Of a stretch of 51,402 bases of DNA, positions 24,433 through 36,279 are shown one piece after another; within the stretch, counting starts at the first letter, position 1; each line of letters begins with the position of its first letter. The notes below the pieces were generated by a model. The model was not told the origin of the DNA, searched no databases, and was given only the letters and a program-made list of their open reading frames with translations. The DNA comes from Octopus bimaculoides (taxonomy: Eukaryota). Position numbers and translations under genes: made by a program. The DNA lies in the NCBI RefSeq assembly GCF_001194135.2, contig NC_068983.1:59330893-59382294 (forward strand), in the 5' to 3' direction.

Positions 24433-24649
24433 GTTTGTCATTTGAAATACAAATACAACTCTTCTTTGCCAGCTGAGTGGACTGAGGCAACCAACTAACT
24501 TTATGGAATCTATTAGTGACTAAATTAAATATTACATAATTTGGTACTTTATAGCAAAGAGAAAACCAGAAGCTAACCAAGGAACAGATTCTAGAAATAG
24601 TTGGCAAATCTCTCAAAATTTGACATTAAATAAGTAAGAGGCAATTTTT

Positions 24650-25010
24650 TTCAGTGGTTGTGTGTTTAAGAAACTCGCTTTTCAACCAAATGTTTTCAGG
24701 TCCAGTCCCACAGAATAGCACCTTGGGCAAATGTTTTCTGCTACAGCTCTGGATTAACTGATACTTTATGAGTGAATTTGGTCAATGGAAACTATGGAAG
24801 CCCATCATGTATGTGTGTGTGTTTGTAGTTGTTTCCCACCCCAAACTACCAGTGTGCTTTGTTTATGTCCCTTTAACAGTTTGGCAAAGGAAACCGATGA
24901 AATAAGCACCAGGCTTTAAGAAACACAAGTGAACATGTGATTTATTCATCTAAACCTTTCAAGGTGGTACCGCAGCATGGCTACTGTCCAGTGGCTGAAA
25001 CAAGTAAAAA
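24650..25010 (+). mobile_element. Family B SINE, diverged
   Basis: Head, CCTTGGGCAAATG core, CAGCATGGCTACTGTCCAGTGGCTGAAACAAGTAAAA tail. Confidence 0.75.
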
Positions 25011-25261
25011 AACAAAACGATATAATGCACAGTATACTTTTGTACAGAAAAGACATGAAGTTGAAACGCCAGTAATCCTGGAATCCTGTGTCTGCCTGTT
25101 AAAGGCTGAATTCAAATTGAGTATCAACTATAATGATCACTTTCTCAGAGAGGCTGATATTCTGAGAGGTTTATTTTTTAGTGGGTTTTAGTTTTATTGT
25201 AGAAGCTCAGTACCAGGTCCTTCCCAAATCATATAGTTTCCTAGAGCCAGTTTCTGGCATA

Positions 25262-25440
25262 TATTCCCCATTTGATGGAATGCCAGTCAATTGCTAGATT
25301 ATTCTCTTTTGCTAGCTGAGTGGACTGTAGCAACATGAAATCAAGTGTTTTACTCAAGAACACAACACGTCACCCACCTGAAGAATTGAAACTGCAATGT
25401 TACAGTTACGAGTCCGACAACTTAACCACTAAGCCATGCG
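25262..25440 (-). mobile_element. Family E SINE
   Basis: Minus strand GCGCATGGCTTAGTGGTTAAG...GTTTCAATTC...GTGTTCTTGAGTAAAACAC. Confidence 0.75.
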
Positions 25441-25544
25441 CCTCAACAGCTCAATACCAGTCATGTCAAGGAAAGAGGTCTTTGTTTTGGAAGTAAATAG
25501 AAAGGATTTTTTTTTATTTGTATTGTACCAAATTAATATAAGAC

Positions 25545-25720
25545 ACAAATGTAGCTATCTGGTTAAGATGTTTGTTTCCCAACCACATGGCTTTGAGTTC
25601 ACTACTACTGCATGGCATTCTTGAGTATCTACTATCACATTGGGCCAACATTAGCCTTCTGAATGTATTTGGTAAATGGAAACTGGAAGAAGCCCATCAT
25701 ATGTGTGTTTGTGTGTGTGA
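25545..25720 (+). mobile_element. Family B SINE 5' half
   Basis: CCCAACCACATGG...GGAAACTGGAAGAAGCCCATC then (TG)n. Confidence 0.7.
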
Positions 25721-25934
25721 GAGTTACTGTCTCCTTGCTGTGATAGTTGTATATGAGTGTTGGCATCATAAAAGCAGAGTCAATTTCCAATCTTCCATGA
25801 ATTTCTATCTGGCCATAGGAAAATATTTTACTTGGAAACATGAAATGTTGGTGACAGCAAGAATGTATGGCTTTAAAAAAATCTGTCTCAACAAATTTTG
25901 TCCTACCCATGGAAAAGTGGATGATAGAATAATG

Positions 25935-26030
25935 ACAATGATGATTGTGACGGTGGTAATTATGACGGTGGTGATTATGATGGTGGTGATTATGACGGTG
26001 GTGATTATGATAGTGATGATAATAGTGACA
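25935..26030. repeat. 15-bp tandem repeat (ATGACGGTGGTGATT)n
   Basis: About 6 imperfect units. Confidence 0.85.
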
Positions 26031-27464
26031 AGGATTTTGTTAGGCCAAACTGGAAAGTGATGATAATGATGATGTTTTAACCTATTGTAACTAACCCAGG
26101 AATTCAGTCCTCTTTACTGGGTAAAATTATTTATTAAAATAATCTTGATACTGGATCTTTAAAATACAAAGTTCCAACAAAAACAGGATTATTTAAACTA
26201 TATGTTTTAGAAGGATAAAAACAAGACAATAGTCTATACCATCTTAATTTTACATCCACTTTAGGTGATTGAACATTTGTCTGCCTCATAGACTAAAATT
26301 AAAATTTTCAATATTGTTCCAGATTTCAGAAAAAAAAAATTTTATGTTAACATATTAATTTGCTTTCTTTTATATAGATCTTATCTAAGGAACTCAGAAA
26401 TATGTAACAGACCGATAGACTGCTTTAAGATTTGTCAGAGGGGAATAAGTGGAAATTAAATGCACAGCAACACTCCATCTTACACCCCACCTGCTCCACC
26501 TAGCCTCAGTGTTCTTTTAATCAGAGTGAAAAATATCTTCCCCAAGATATAGAATTGAAAGGAATAAAGTAACTGGAATGGGTTTCTATATAGATATTAT
26601 ATTAACTTCAAAAATATTCATATCTAAACTAATTTGGAAATACACCTGCTTCAAATGTTGATCTTTTAAAGCAATCCTATTCAGTTATTTAATCTGATCA
26701 AGAAATTCTCTCTGCATGATTAACTGAAATTTTGTGAGACCAATTTCTTTTCACAGTAACGTAATTCCTAAGTCGTATCAGTTACAAACGATCATTCCGA
26801 GGACATATTTTATCGCTTTTAGAAACTTCAATCAAAATTTTTTTTTTTATTTATTTAAAAAAATATATTTTTGTAGAAAAGATCTATATTTTCTGTGTGA
26901 TTGTTCTGGAATCACATTTCCTCATATATATTTTTCTTTTCTTATAAATCAAATGCAAAAATATATTGCAATGATTCAGAGTATAAGGTTTAAATTTGCA
27001 AATTGATTTTTTTTCCCCGTTAGTAAAGAAAATAGTTTGTCGTTTATACACATTTTTATCAGCAATATTAACATAACATTTAAAAAAAATAATAAATGAT
27101 TTTAACTCTTTTGATATAAACCTGCTTCAGACCTCTCTACTGGTTCTGTAAAACCTGTTTTGAGGTGGTCTAAAAAAAAACCTTCCATCAAAATTTCATG
27201 TCCATTTATGTTCCAATCACTAGATTAACAATACAAGGTCTGAGCAAAAAGTATCAAGACTGTTGCTATGGTAACAGAATTAAAGTATGCAGAGTGAAAC
27301 CACTTAGCACAGATTGACTTTGAACACTGTCACACTAAGTTATAATGTTCTCACTCATCTTCCTTGTTTATAGCAATGCTTGGAAGTAAAGTGTGTAGTG
27401 TGTGGTCATCTCAAAAGAAGATAAGGTTTCAGCTGCATGGGATTTCATTGATTGTAATGAGAAT

Positions 27465-27671
27465 ACTCTTTTACTTGTTTCAGTCATTTGACTGTGGCCA
27501 TGCTGGAGCACCGCCTTTAATTGAGCAAATCGACCCCCAGGACTTATTCTTTGTAAGCCTAGTACTTATTCTATCGGTTTCTTTTGCTGAACTGCTAAGT
27601 TATGGGGACATAAACACACCAGCATCAGTTGTCAAGCGATGTTGGGGGGACAAACACAGACACACAAACAT

Positions 27672-27720
<49 letters not shown>

Positions 27721-27872
27721 CGACGGACTTCTTTCAGTTTCCTTCTACCAAATCAACTCACAAGGCTTTGGTCAGCCCGAGGCTATAGTAGAAGACACTT
27801 GCCCAAGATGCCACACAGTGGGACTGAACCCGGAACCATGTGGTTGGTAAGCAAGCTACTTACCACACAGCC
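27465..27872 (-). mobile_element. Family B SINE inserted in the mariner
   Basis: Full head, internal (CA)/(TA) array and tail. Confidence 0.9.
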
Positions 27873-27876
27873 ACTT

Positions 27877-28128
27877 GACGAAGTTTTTTTGAAAATGGTC
27901 AAAGCAGGTGATAAATCATGGGTCTATGGCTCTGATCCTGAAACCAAGGTTCAGTTTTCACAGTGGAAACCTCCAACTAGATTTCAAAATGTCAAGGAAA
28001 TAGAAGAGAATGCAACACAGCAACTGCTCACTGTTCCAAAAAAGGGGTTCCAGGAGTGCTTCCATTGATGGAAATGACATCGGATAAAGTGTGTGGCTTT
28101 AGAAGTGGTCCACTTCAAAAGAGATTAA
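27877..28128 (+). pseudogene. mariner transposase remnant (catalytic-domain start fused to C-terminus)
   Basis: DEVFLKMVKAGDKSWVYGSDPETKVQFSQWKPP (compare GDETWVY.YDPETK.QS.QW) joined to TRFQNVKEIEENATQQLLTVPKKGFQECFH*WK*HRIKCVALE; two in-frame stops. Confidence 0.85.
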
Positions 28129-28214
28129 CTGCTGAATGGATTTGTGTTGTAGTTTTCTTTTTATTGTACCAGTTCTGATATGTTTTGGATCAGACCTCAC
28201 AATTATTTTACTCT

Positions 28215-28615
28215 CTTTTATTCTTTTACTTGTTTCAGTCATTTGATTGTGGCCATGCTGGAGCACTACCTTTAGTTGAGCAAATCGATCCCAGGACTTA
28301 TTCTTTGTAAGCCTAGTACTTATTCTATCGGTCTCTTTTGCCAAACCGCTAAGTTACGGGGGACATAAACACACCAGCATCGGTTGTCAAGCGATGTTGT
28401 GGGGACAGACACACAAACACACACATAGATATATATATACATATACATATATATGACGGGCTTCTTTCAGTTTCCGTCTACCAAATCCACTCACAAGGCT
28501 TTGGTTGGCCCGAAGCTATAGTAGAAGACACTTGCCCAAGGTACCACACAGTGAGACTGAACCCAGAACCATGTGGTTGGTAAGCAAGCTACTTACCACA
28601 CAGCCACCCCTGCGC
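28215..28615 (-). mobile_element. Family B SINE, full length
   Basis: Head, internal microsatellite and tail. Confidence 0.9.
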
Positions 28616-28691
28616 CTACTAAATGCATTTCTTTCAAAATTAATTGAAACAAAAGAAGTGTATTTTAAAAGAAACATGAAAACAAAATGGA

Positions 28692-28903
28692 TTAACTCTT
28701 GATATCAACCTCCTGAGACTGTCCTTGATTCAATGTTACAAACTTCCTGCTTTAAAGTGATCTAAAATCCTTGCATAAAAATTTCCTGTTAATTTATGTT
28801 TCTAACACCAGCTTAATTACAGTTACTTTACTGTTTCATTAATTTCAAAATTAATTGAAACAAAGATAGTCTGTTTCAACAAAAATATGAGCAAAAGGGT
28901 TAA
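28692..28903 (+). mobile_element. piggyBac-type MITE, diverged, sharing a TTAA with the previous copy
   Basis: TTAACTCTTGATATCAACC ... AAAAGGGTTAA. Confidence 0.7.
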
Positions 28904-29924
28904 ATATTTGAATTCGTGGCTGACGCAATATCAAAGTAGACATATTGTCAAAGCATGTTCAACGTCTTAGAGGTTTGATGTTAAACTTGCAGCTGCTTTT
29001 TATTAACAGCTCTAAAGAAGGAGAAGAGAGTCTCTTGATGGACTGTTTCATGGTTTGTTGGCAGCTCTTTACAGATGACACAGCCAACTTTCTTCTCCAA
29101 TCAGTAACATAGATTAACTACTTATAAAGCAGTCATGGTGGATAGCCTATTTTGCATGTAACATTTAATATTCATAATGCATAAATTTATTTCAGGTCTT
29201 CTGATTTACACTGCATCATGCAAAAATATTGTTTAATTAGTGATAAACAATCAAAAGTCCAAATGTGCTAACCTAATTAGTGACTGCTTTTTAAACAGAT
29301 GACTTATGTTGTTCATCAGGGAAAGAAGAAGAATGTCTTCTCAGAGGAGTAGTCAACAAACGATGAAACAATCTGGCTCTTTTTTCCACACATCAGTAGG
29401 ATAGAAAGAATACAGTTACATTCTTGTTAACTCTCAGTGAAATTTCTTAATTAAATTTATTTCAGATCTCCTGATTTATGCAGTGTTGTGTGCATATATA
29501 TGTGTGTATATATACGTGGTTTATGTCTGCTTTCAAATAAACTTTTAGCCTCCCCAATGTCCTATCATCTTTCCTTGGTTCTTCGTCAACCAATTAGAAT
29601 TAAGCTCATTCAGCAACAGTTTAATGTAACAAGATATTACATCTTGATTGAAAGCTTCAGTATTGAATATAGTTGAGAACAGAAATAAATTGTAACATAA
29701 GATCAAGGAAGTTTTATAAGTAACTTTGCAAATATCAACTTAAGATCTAAATTTAATTTAAAAATAAAGGAAATCAACAACGGTGCAGGAATGGCCATGT
29801 GGTTAGAAATTTCACTTCACCATGTAGCTCTAGGTTCAATCTCCCTGTCCAATACCTTGGGAAAATACCTTGAGGGAGATTTCATAGATGCAAACTGTAC
29901 AAAAGCCAATAGTGTGCGTATATA

Positions 29925-30095
29925 ATGTCCATGTTCCATGCTGGAATGGGTTGGACAGGCAACAGGATCCAGTGAACTGGAGGACTGCATTGAGCTCCAA
30001 TGTCTGTTTTGACATGATTTCTGTGGCTGGATGCCCTTCCTAATGCCACCCACTTTACAGAGTTTACTAGGTGCATTTTACATGGCACTAGCACA
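29925..30095 (-). mobile_element. Family A element
   Basis: GGATGCCCTTCCTAATGCCACCCACTTTACAG on plus, i.e. core on minus; preceded by a family B head fragment near 29780-29860. Confidence 0.8.
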
Positions 30096-32771
30096 AATGA
30101 GGTCACTGGTGTTCCCCCTCAGCAGAGTGGGATTGTAGTAGAGACAGAGGTGGTTTTATGCCAGGTTTTAAAAGGCTAAAGTATATGAGAGAGAGAGAGA
30201 GGGGGGGGGGCACAGATGTCTTGCTATAAGGGTGATATATTGTTAATTCACATGGAAAGAGTAGAAGAAGCTGGAGACAGGAGAATGATGGCAGTGACAA
30301 GCTGTCAGAGCTTACTCACAAGAAGGCAAATATAAGAGAGAATAGGAACAAAGCATCAGGAAGGGTAGATGGATAAGCTGATTAGAATCTGAGGGGAGAG
30401 TGAGAGATGGTTAGAAATAGGGGAGGAGGTGAACGTAATGAATGATGAACAAGGATGGAGGTGCAGTTGATGGTAAATATCAGCTAGGAGACTGGGCCAA
30501 GGAAAGAATAAGAATGACTCAGGAGGGATGGAAGTAACAGTATAATAAATTTGTAAGTAGATCAGTAAATAGGGAGATGATGTGTGGAGTAAAAGAGAAA
30601 GGGGGGAGGAATGGAGAAAGAGAGATGTACAGTAGTACAGATGAAGAGTAGAGGTATGTAGGATTAGCTACAGTGAGTGTGGGATAACAGTAGGGGTGAG
30701 GCTATTAACAGCAGATATGAAAGGGTGTTGAGAATGACAGCAGAAAAGAGAGGATGGATTTTAAAATGTGAGAGGATGCTAAATATATTAGAAACAGTAT
30801 CATGGATTGCTAAATATCAACCTTGAAGAAACTCATTATTAGACTAAGTTAATTGATATGTAGTGAGGCTGTGCATGATTGATTTAGAACAGGCATCAGT
30901 AAACTTTCTAAGAAAAACTGTAACAGGTGCTCACTACAGTTAGTGTACAACCAGTGGTAGGCCAGACACATTAAACCATGAAGGGAGTTCACAATGACTT
31001 CTGAAAAATTAAAAGAAAATAGTTGTAAACCAGACACATTAAATAAATTTTATTTAGGCAAATTAATCTACATTCGTATAAGCAAATCCTCAAAGAAATC
31101 TAGATATGCTTACATCAAGATTAGTTCTTTTATTTTTTATCAAAATAATGGCATTATGGAAGTTAACGTCATTTAAAGAGGCAATTTCACGCAAGAAAAA
31201 TATAGAAAATTCCACATAAAAATTGTTTGTTATTACTATGATTAATATATATGTGGCGGGGTGGGGGGTGAATAAGGAGAGAACTTTTTAAAGTATAACC
31301 CTGAAGAAGTTATAAATGTAACTAAATTTAAAGAACTTTTATTGAAATTAAGTGCCTTTTGTTTGTTGTTTTTGGGTCGTCATTTTTTTTAAAGAATATA
31401 CTTATGATTTGAGAAGTTTGTATTCAGCACTCATAAATTTCAAACATCTTTGTAACATTACTAATGAGATGTGTTTATAAATCACAGAAATGTTTTTTTT
31501 TTTTTGTTTTTCCTAGATTTTTTTTTTTATGATTTGTGTTTGAAGCATCTCTTTAAAACTTGCTATTTCTCATAAAAGCTAAAAATTAAAATTAAAACCA
31601 GAAGAAATCAGCAAAATAGACATTAAATTAAATCATTGACATTAGACAGATGAGTATTCGCCATAATAACGTTAGCATTTTTCAAATTAAAACCAAATAA
31701 TTTCTTTCTCCCGAAGTAAATTTATTTCATATCAACTGAGTTTTGATGTGAAAATTGATCAATTAAAAGTTATTTGCTGTTATTTTGGCAGTTCAAAATT
31801 TAGACATGAAGTAGCAATAATGCTCATAAATGAAATGCCAACATTTCAAAAAAAACAAAAAGAAACTACAGAATTTTAGAACTTGGTTGATAATGAATGA
31901 ATATTTTGGATTTTGAGACATTGATACTAAAAATCTTACACAGAATTTATTAAATGCAAACAAATATATAGCTAATATCTAAAGTTATTGATTTAATTAT
32001 AATATTAACTAGCTAAAGAGAAAATAGTAGAGGCAACAGCAGATGAAAAATATTGTTTGTAAATTAATATAGGATAAAAAGACACCATTAATTTCCAGAT
32101 ATTAGTGATTTGTTCTCTTTGATTATACCGATATAAACAATTCCTATGGGAATGGTGCCACTATTCTTCTAGATGCTATATATCAGTGAGAAGGAACATT
32201 TTCAATTTGGATCTGGAGTGATAAATGGAATGAAAACGTTTGAAACTTTGACTACAGTAAATTCTAACTTGAAAAGTCTGGAGTCATCTTTCTTGTAGAT
32301 TCTAGCTTTATTGACAAGTCAGTATATTGATGAACTCAGTTTTATTTCCTTCATAGATTATTGCCATGAGTTATTGGTTTTACATTCATTATTTGTCTAA
32401 ATCATACCTGCTCTGCAAAACTAAATACAAAAGGTATCAATATAAAGGATTGGTTTGGAAATATAAATTAAAAATCTATATATATGAAAGTCTAGGAAAA
32501 TAAATCTAACACTTAATATATATGCGGGCTTGTGTTGTCGGAAAGATGTAAAGGAAAGCAAAACTTATGATAGAACCAAGTTTCAATAGTTATTCGTATA
32601 AAATTGACTAACTCTTAAGGGAGTAAAGCTACTTAATAAAAAAAAATATCCAACAAACCAACAAGGAGCCAATGTTCCTCTAAATACCAAAAACCATACT
32701 GAAAAAAAAACAGAAAATTTTTAAACGGGGCAAGAGATTCTTTTTCTGGACAGTACAGTTCTAGATATACA

Positions 32772-32845
32772 AGACAAGATAGTCACGGCTGGATTGCCTT
32801 TGGTCACAAATCAGCTCAATCAGAGCTGACCAGAAGCTAAACACT
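32772..32845 (-). mobile_element. Family D fragment
   Basis: Minus strand GACCAAAGGCAATCCAGCCGTGACTATC resembles 23500 and 47520. Confidence 0.4.
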
Positions 32846-33477
32846 AACAACGAATACTCAGTTATTCCAAAACTTTGCAATGCTTAGATATATTAAGAGC
32901 CACTATTTTGAAAGGTGTGCTGCTGGATAGACTGACAAAATCAGAATATCTCTTCTAACCTCTTCTGAATTACCATGCACAACCTCCTGAAGCAATACAA
33001 GAATCGTGTCTATTAACTGAACAATCCTCATGGCATCCCTGCTTAGAGTTGTTGTATATAATTTAATATTTCATGATATAATATATATGCAAATTGACAT
33101 TAGAAAAGCTATATACAACTAGAAAGACTGACAATTCCGATTGCAAAATTAAGCTGGTACAATCATTATTCAATTAATTTCATTTTCTTTAATCTGAATT
33201 TGCCACAGCTAGTTCAAGGTGTAATAGTTTCTCTGTGACTTATTCACATAATTATTTAATAACAATAATAAAGTTTATTGGAAGAGGTGAACATATTTAA
33301 AAATCTATGAATAAATTTGGCAGAATAAACATATTGTTTGTAACCTTTCTCCCATCTGTGAGATATTGAATTTTGAGTGGGGTTTTTTTAAGCAGATGAA
33401 ACAAAATCACTGCTTCTTTGTTTATACTAGAAAATGGTTTGGCAGTGTTAGTGTCAGAAAAAACAAATAGTCTGCTC

Positions 33478-33650
33478 TCATCATTTAATGTCCTTATTCT
33501 ATGCTGGCATGGGTTGGACAGACTGACAAGAATCTGATGAGTCATGGTCCAGTGTCTGCTTTAGCATGCTTTCTATGGCTGAATGCTCTTCCTAAAGTCA
33601 ACCACTTTAGTGTGTACTGGGTGTTTTTTTTACATAGCACCAGCACTAGT
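33478..33650 (-). mobile_element. Family A element, diverged
   Basis: GCATGGGTTGGAC...GAATGCTCTTCCTAAAGTCAACCAC. Confidence 0.7.
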
Positions 33651-34049
33651 GAGGTTATTATGTAACTCAAAAGTCTAAAAACCTGAGAAAGTAGTTGGTG
33701 TTGTGTCCTTATGTTAGATGGTGGTTAGATGGATATGAGAGAAGTGGTTGCAGTAGAGCAGGTCTCTTTTTGTAGAGAAGCTAGATGGCTATTTACATTT
33801 ACAAGAGAAAGTGACACAATGGTGATGAGGCATCCAGATGGAACAGCAGGTAGGAGTAGCAGGTGGGGGGTTATAAGAGTGTATAGGGGAAGAGATAAGA
33901 GAAGTAAAGTGGGAGAAAGAGAGAGAAGTACATGAGATGGGAAGGTTAGTAACACAGCCATAATGAGAGATGACATGTTTGGATAGACTGCAGGAGCAAA
34001 TTAGAGGGATTGGCAGGTGAAGTGCATCAAGAGAGATAATACGGTGGTC

Positions 34050-34200
34050 TGTGTTCTGAGTTCAAATTCCACTGAGGTTGACTTTGCCTTTCATCCTTTC
34101 AAGGTCGATAAAATAAGTACCACTTAAGTGCTGCACTCAATGTAATCGACTTATCTTCTCTCCTGAAATTGCTGGCCTTGTGACAAAATTTGAAATCAAT
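34050..34200 (+). mobile_element. Family C SINE 3' part
   Basis: GAGTTCAAATTCC...GACTTTGCCTTTCATCCTTTCAAGGTCGATAAAATAAGTACC. Confidence 0.85.
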
Positions 34201-34209
34201 ATTGTTACA

Positions 34210-34564
34210 GAGGCCACTTGACATGCCAGTGCCACCTGACATGCCAGTGCCACCTGACATGCCAGTGCCACCTGACTTGTGCCAGTGACTGGTTCCCATG
34301 CCAGTGTCACGTAAAAAGCACCATTCGAGCGTGGTTGATGCCAGTACCACCTGACTGGCCCTTGTGATGGTGGCACATAAAAAGCACCCACTACGCTCTT
34401 AGAGTGGTTGGCATTAAGAAGGGCATCCAGTTGTAGAAACCTTGCCAGATCAGATTGGAGCCTGGTGTAGCCTCCTGATTTGTCAGTCCTCAGCCAAACT
34501 GTTCAACCCATGCCCGTATGGAAAGCAGATGTTAAACGATGATGATGATGATGATGATGATGAT
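34210..34564 (+). mobile_element. Family A element with extended modular 5' region (includes 18-bp x3 repeat at 34220-34273)
   Basis: (GACATGCCAGTGCCACCT)x3, two CAC(G/A)TAAAAAGCACC modules, core, (GAT)n tail. Confidence 0.85.
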
Positions 34565-34749
34565 GTTAGCAAATGAGAAAATTGGTATCAAAAGGCAGAA
34601 AGAGTTACCATGGAGGACATGTAGAGTGGAGGGTGATGTGAAGAAGGAATTGAGTGACTGTGTATATATAAACACACATATATATACACATACATATTCA
34701 CACGTGCATATACATATATATGCTATATATACCCACACAGTGCTTCAGA

Positions 34750-34930
34750 AGTCAGTTTCACCATGGTGGATGGGTTTTCTATGAGAACTTCATATCACTA
34801 GATATCCCAGTCCTTTGTCATTTTCTCTGTGAGGTTCAGGGTCATGGGGTCAGCCTTCATTACTTCATTCCATGCCTTCTGGGTCTTCTTTGTCCACAGG
34901 CTCCAGCCATGTTTAGTGATCAGCACTTCT
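34750..34930 (-). pseudogene. RTE-clade LINE ORF C-terminal remnant
   Basis: With one frameshift reads GACGQRRPRR/WNEVMKADPMTLNLTEKMTKDWDI**YEVL, matching the RTE C-terminal pattern RGRP.KTW.E.V..DL..L.LT.EM..DR..WR. Confidence 0.65.
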
Positions 34931-35034
34931 TAATACAATTATCCTCATCCAAAAACATCACATATCCTATACAAGCACAATCTTCTTTCTTGCACATACA
35001 CACACACACACACACACACACGTGTGTGTGCACA

Positions 35035-35430
35035 TGCAGGCATGGCTCTGTGGTTAAGAAGCTTGCTTTCTAACCACATGGCTGTGATTAGTCCCACATC
35101 ACAGCACCTTGGGCAATTGTCTCCTGCCACAACTCTAGACTAACCAATGACATGTGAGTGAATGTCGTAGGTGGAAATATATTTAAGCCTGTCGTGTGTT
35201 TGTGGGGCAGGGAGGTATGTGTGTATTTGTGTGTATGTTTGTCACTTCCACTGCTTGACAATCATTATTGGTTTGTTCACATCCCCTGTAACTTTGCAGT
35301 TCAGCAAAACGGAGCAATAGAAAAGTATCGAACTTAAAAAAAAAAAGTAGAAATCAATTTGTTCCACTAAAATCATTCAAGGCAGTGCCCCAGCATGGCC
35401 AGAGTCTAATGACTGAAATAAGTAAAAGAT
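35035..35430 (+). mobile_element. Family B SINE
   Basis: GGCATGGCTCTGTGGTTAAGAAGCTTGC head; CAGCATGGCCAGAGTCTAATGACTGAAA tail. Confidence 0.8.
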
Positions 35431-35619
35431 AAATATTTGTGTTTCTTTAGGATTCTAAATTCAAATCCTACAAGGATTAACTTTACTGTCATTCTTTCAG
35501 GGTCAGTAAAAGTAAATACCAATTACATTTGGAGTAGGGATCAGTTTAATTGACTACACTATCTTCCAAAATTTATGGGTTTCTGTTTAACATTATTGCT
35601 GGCTTAATTGTAGTATGTT

Positions 35620-35830
35620 CTTTTCTACTCTAGGCACAAGGCACGAAATTTTGGGGGTGGGGGCAGTCAATTAGATTGACCCCAGTCAATCTAAACTGGT
35701 ACTTAATTTATCAACCCTGAAAGGATGAAAGGCAAAGTCGACCTTGGCAGAATTTGAATTCAGAACATAGCAGCAGACGAAATACTGCTAAGCATTTTGC
35801 CCGGCGTGCTAACACTTCTGCCAGCACACT
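35620..35830 (-). mobile_element. Family C SINE (a degenerate + copy lies at about 35435-35580)
   Basis: Reverse complement of the family C head and core. Confidence 0.85.
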
Positions 35831-36060
35831 GCCTTTTAGTTGTAGTATGTTGTTTAGGGAAAACAGACCTTTAGTATTGGTTCCCCCACCCACACCTAAA
35901 GGCTTAGACAAAGGAAGAATGGCAGTGCTTATGATTCTTTTACAGAGCCTCAGAGATTTCTCACAGAAAGGGTGAAAGTTTTCTGCAGACCAGAGACTAA
36001 ATCTGAATACTTGTAATGTACCAACCTCTACTAAAGGCACACAATAGACAAGTGGTAGTG

Positions 36061-36279
36061 TTAACTTTTGTTTGCTGAATTAAGCTGTCTTTGCTTCAAT
36101 TAATATTGACAATAATGAAGAATTTATGAAAGTAATTGTCATCAAAAGCTGATGTTTATAATTAAAATTTACATGAAACTTTGATGGACTGTTTTAATTT
36201 AGATTACTTTCAAATAAGGAGTTTTTATCATAGAGCCAATGGCAGTCCCAAACAGGTTGGTTAATATCAAAAGGGTTAA
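36061..36279 (-). mobile_element. piggyBac-type MITE, reverse orientation
   Basis: TTAACTTTTG ... ATATCAAAAGGGTTAA; interior similar to the reverse complement of 15481 and 28692. Confidence 0.7.

Larger units (their letters stand above)
27232..28201 (+). mobile_element. Internally deleted mariner transposon
   Basis: Imperfect TIRs TACAAGGTCTGAGCAAAAAGTATCAAGACTG / CAGTTCTGATATGTTTTGGATCAGACCTCACA; transposase remnant inside. Confidence 0.75.
27102..28695 (+). mobile_element. piggyBac-type MITE split by nested insertions
   Basis: Left part 27102-27231, short ATTATTTTA remnant near 28202 and right part 28620-28695 (AAAATGGATTAA) align in order with the 15481 MITE. Confidence 0.65.

Noticed and set aside
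25378-25392. CUGAAGA-AUU-GAAAC
   Set aside because: No stem II; it is the antisense of a family E B-box.
27364-27876. N-terminal part of the 234-aa ORF
   Set aside because: Chance read-through across an antisense SINE B; only 27877 onward is transposase-derived.
29011-29110. Exon candidate SKEGEESLLMDCFMVCWQLFTDDTANFLLQS
   Set aside because: Weak donor, unrecognised peptide, and the neighbouring AG-led segment at 29299 has stops in all frames.
31295-31335. CUGAAGAAG-UUA...UAAC-UAAAU hammerhead-like string
   Set aside because: A 4-bp stem II exists, but G12 is missing and no stem I, stem III or cleavage triplet can be drawn.
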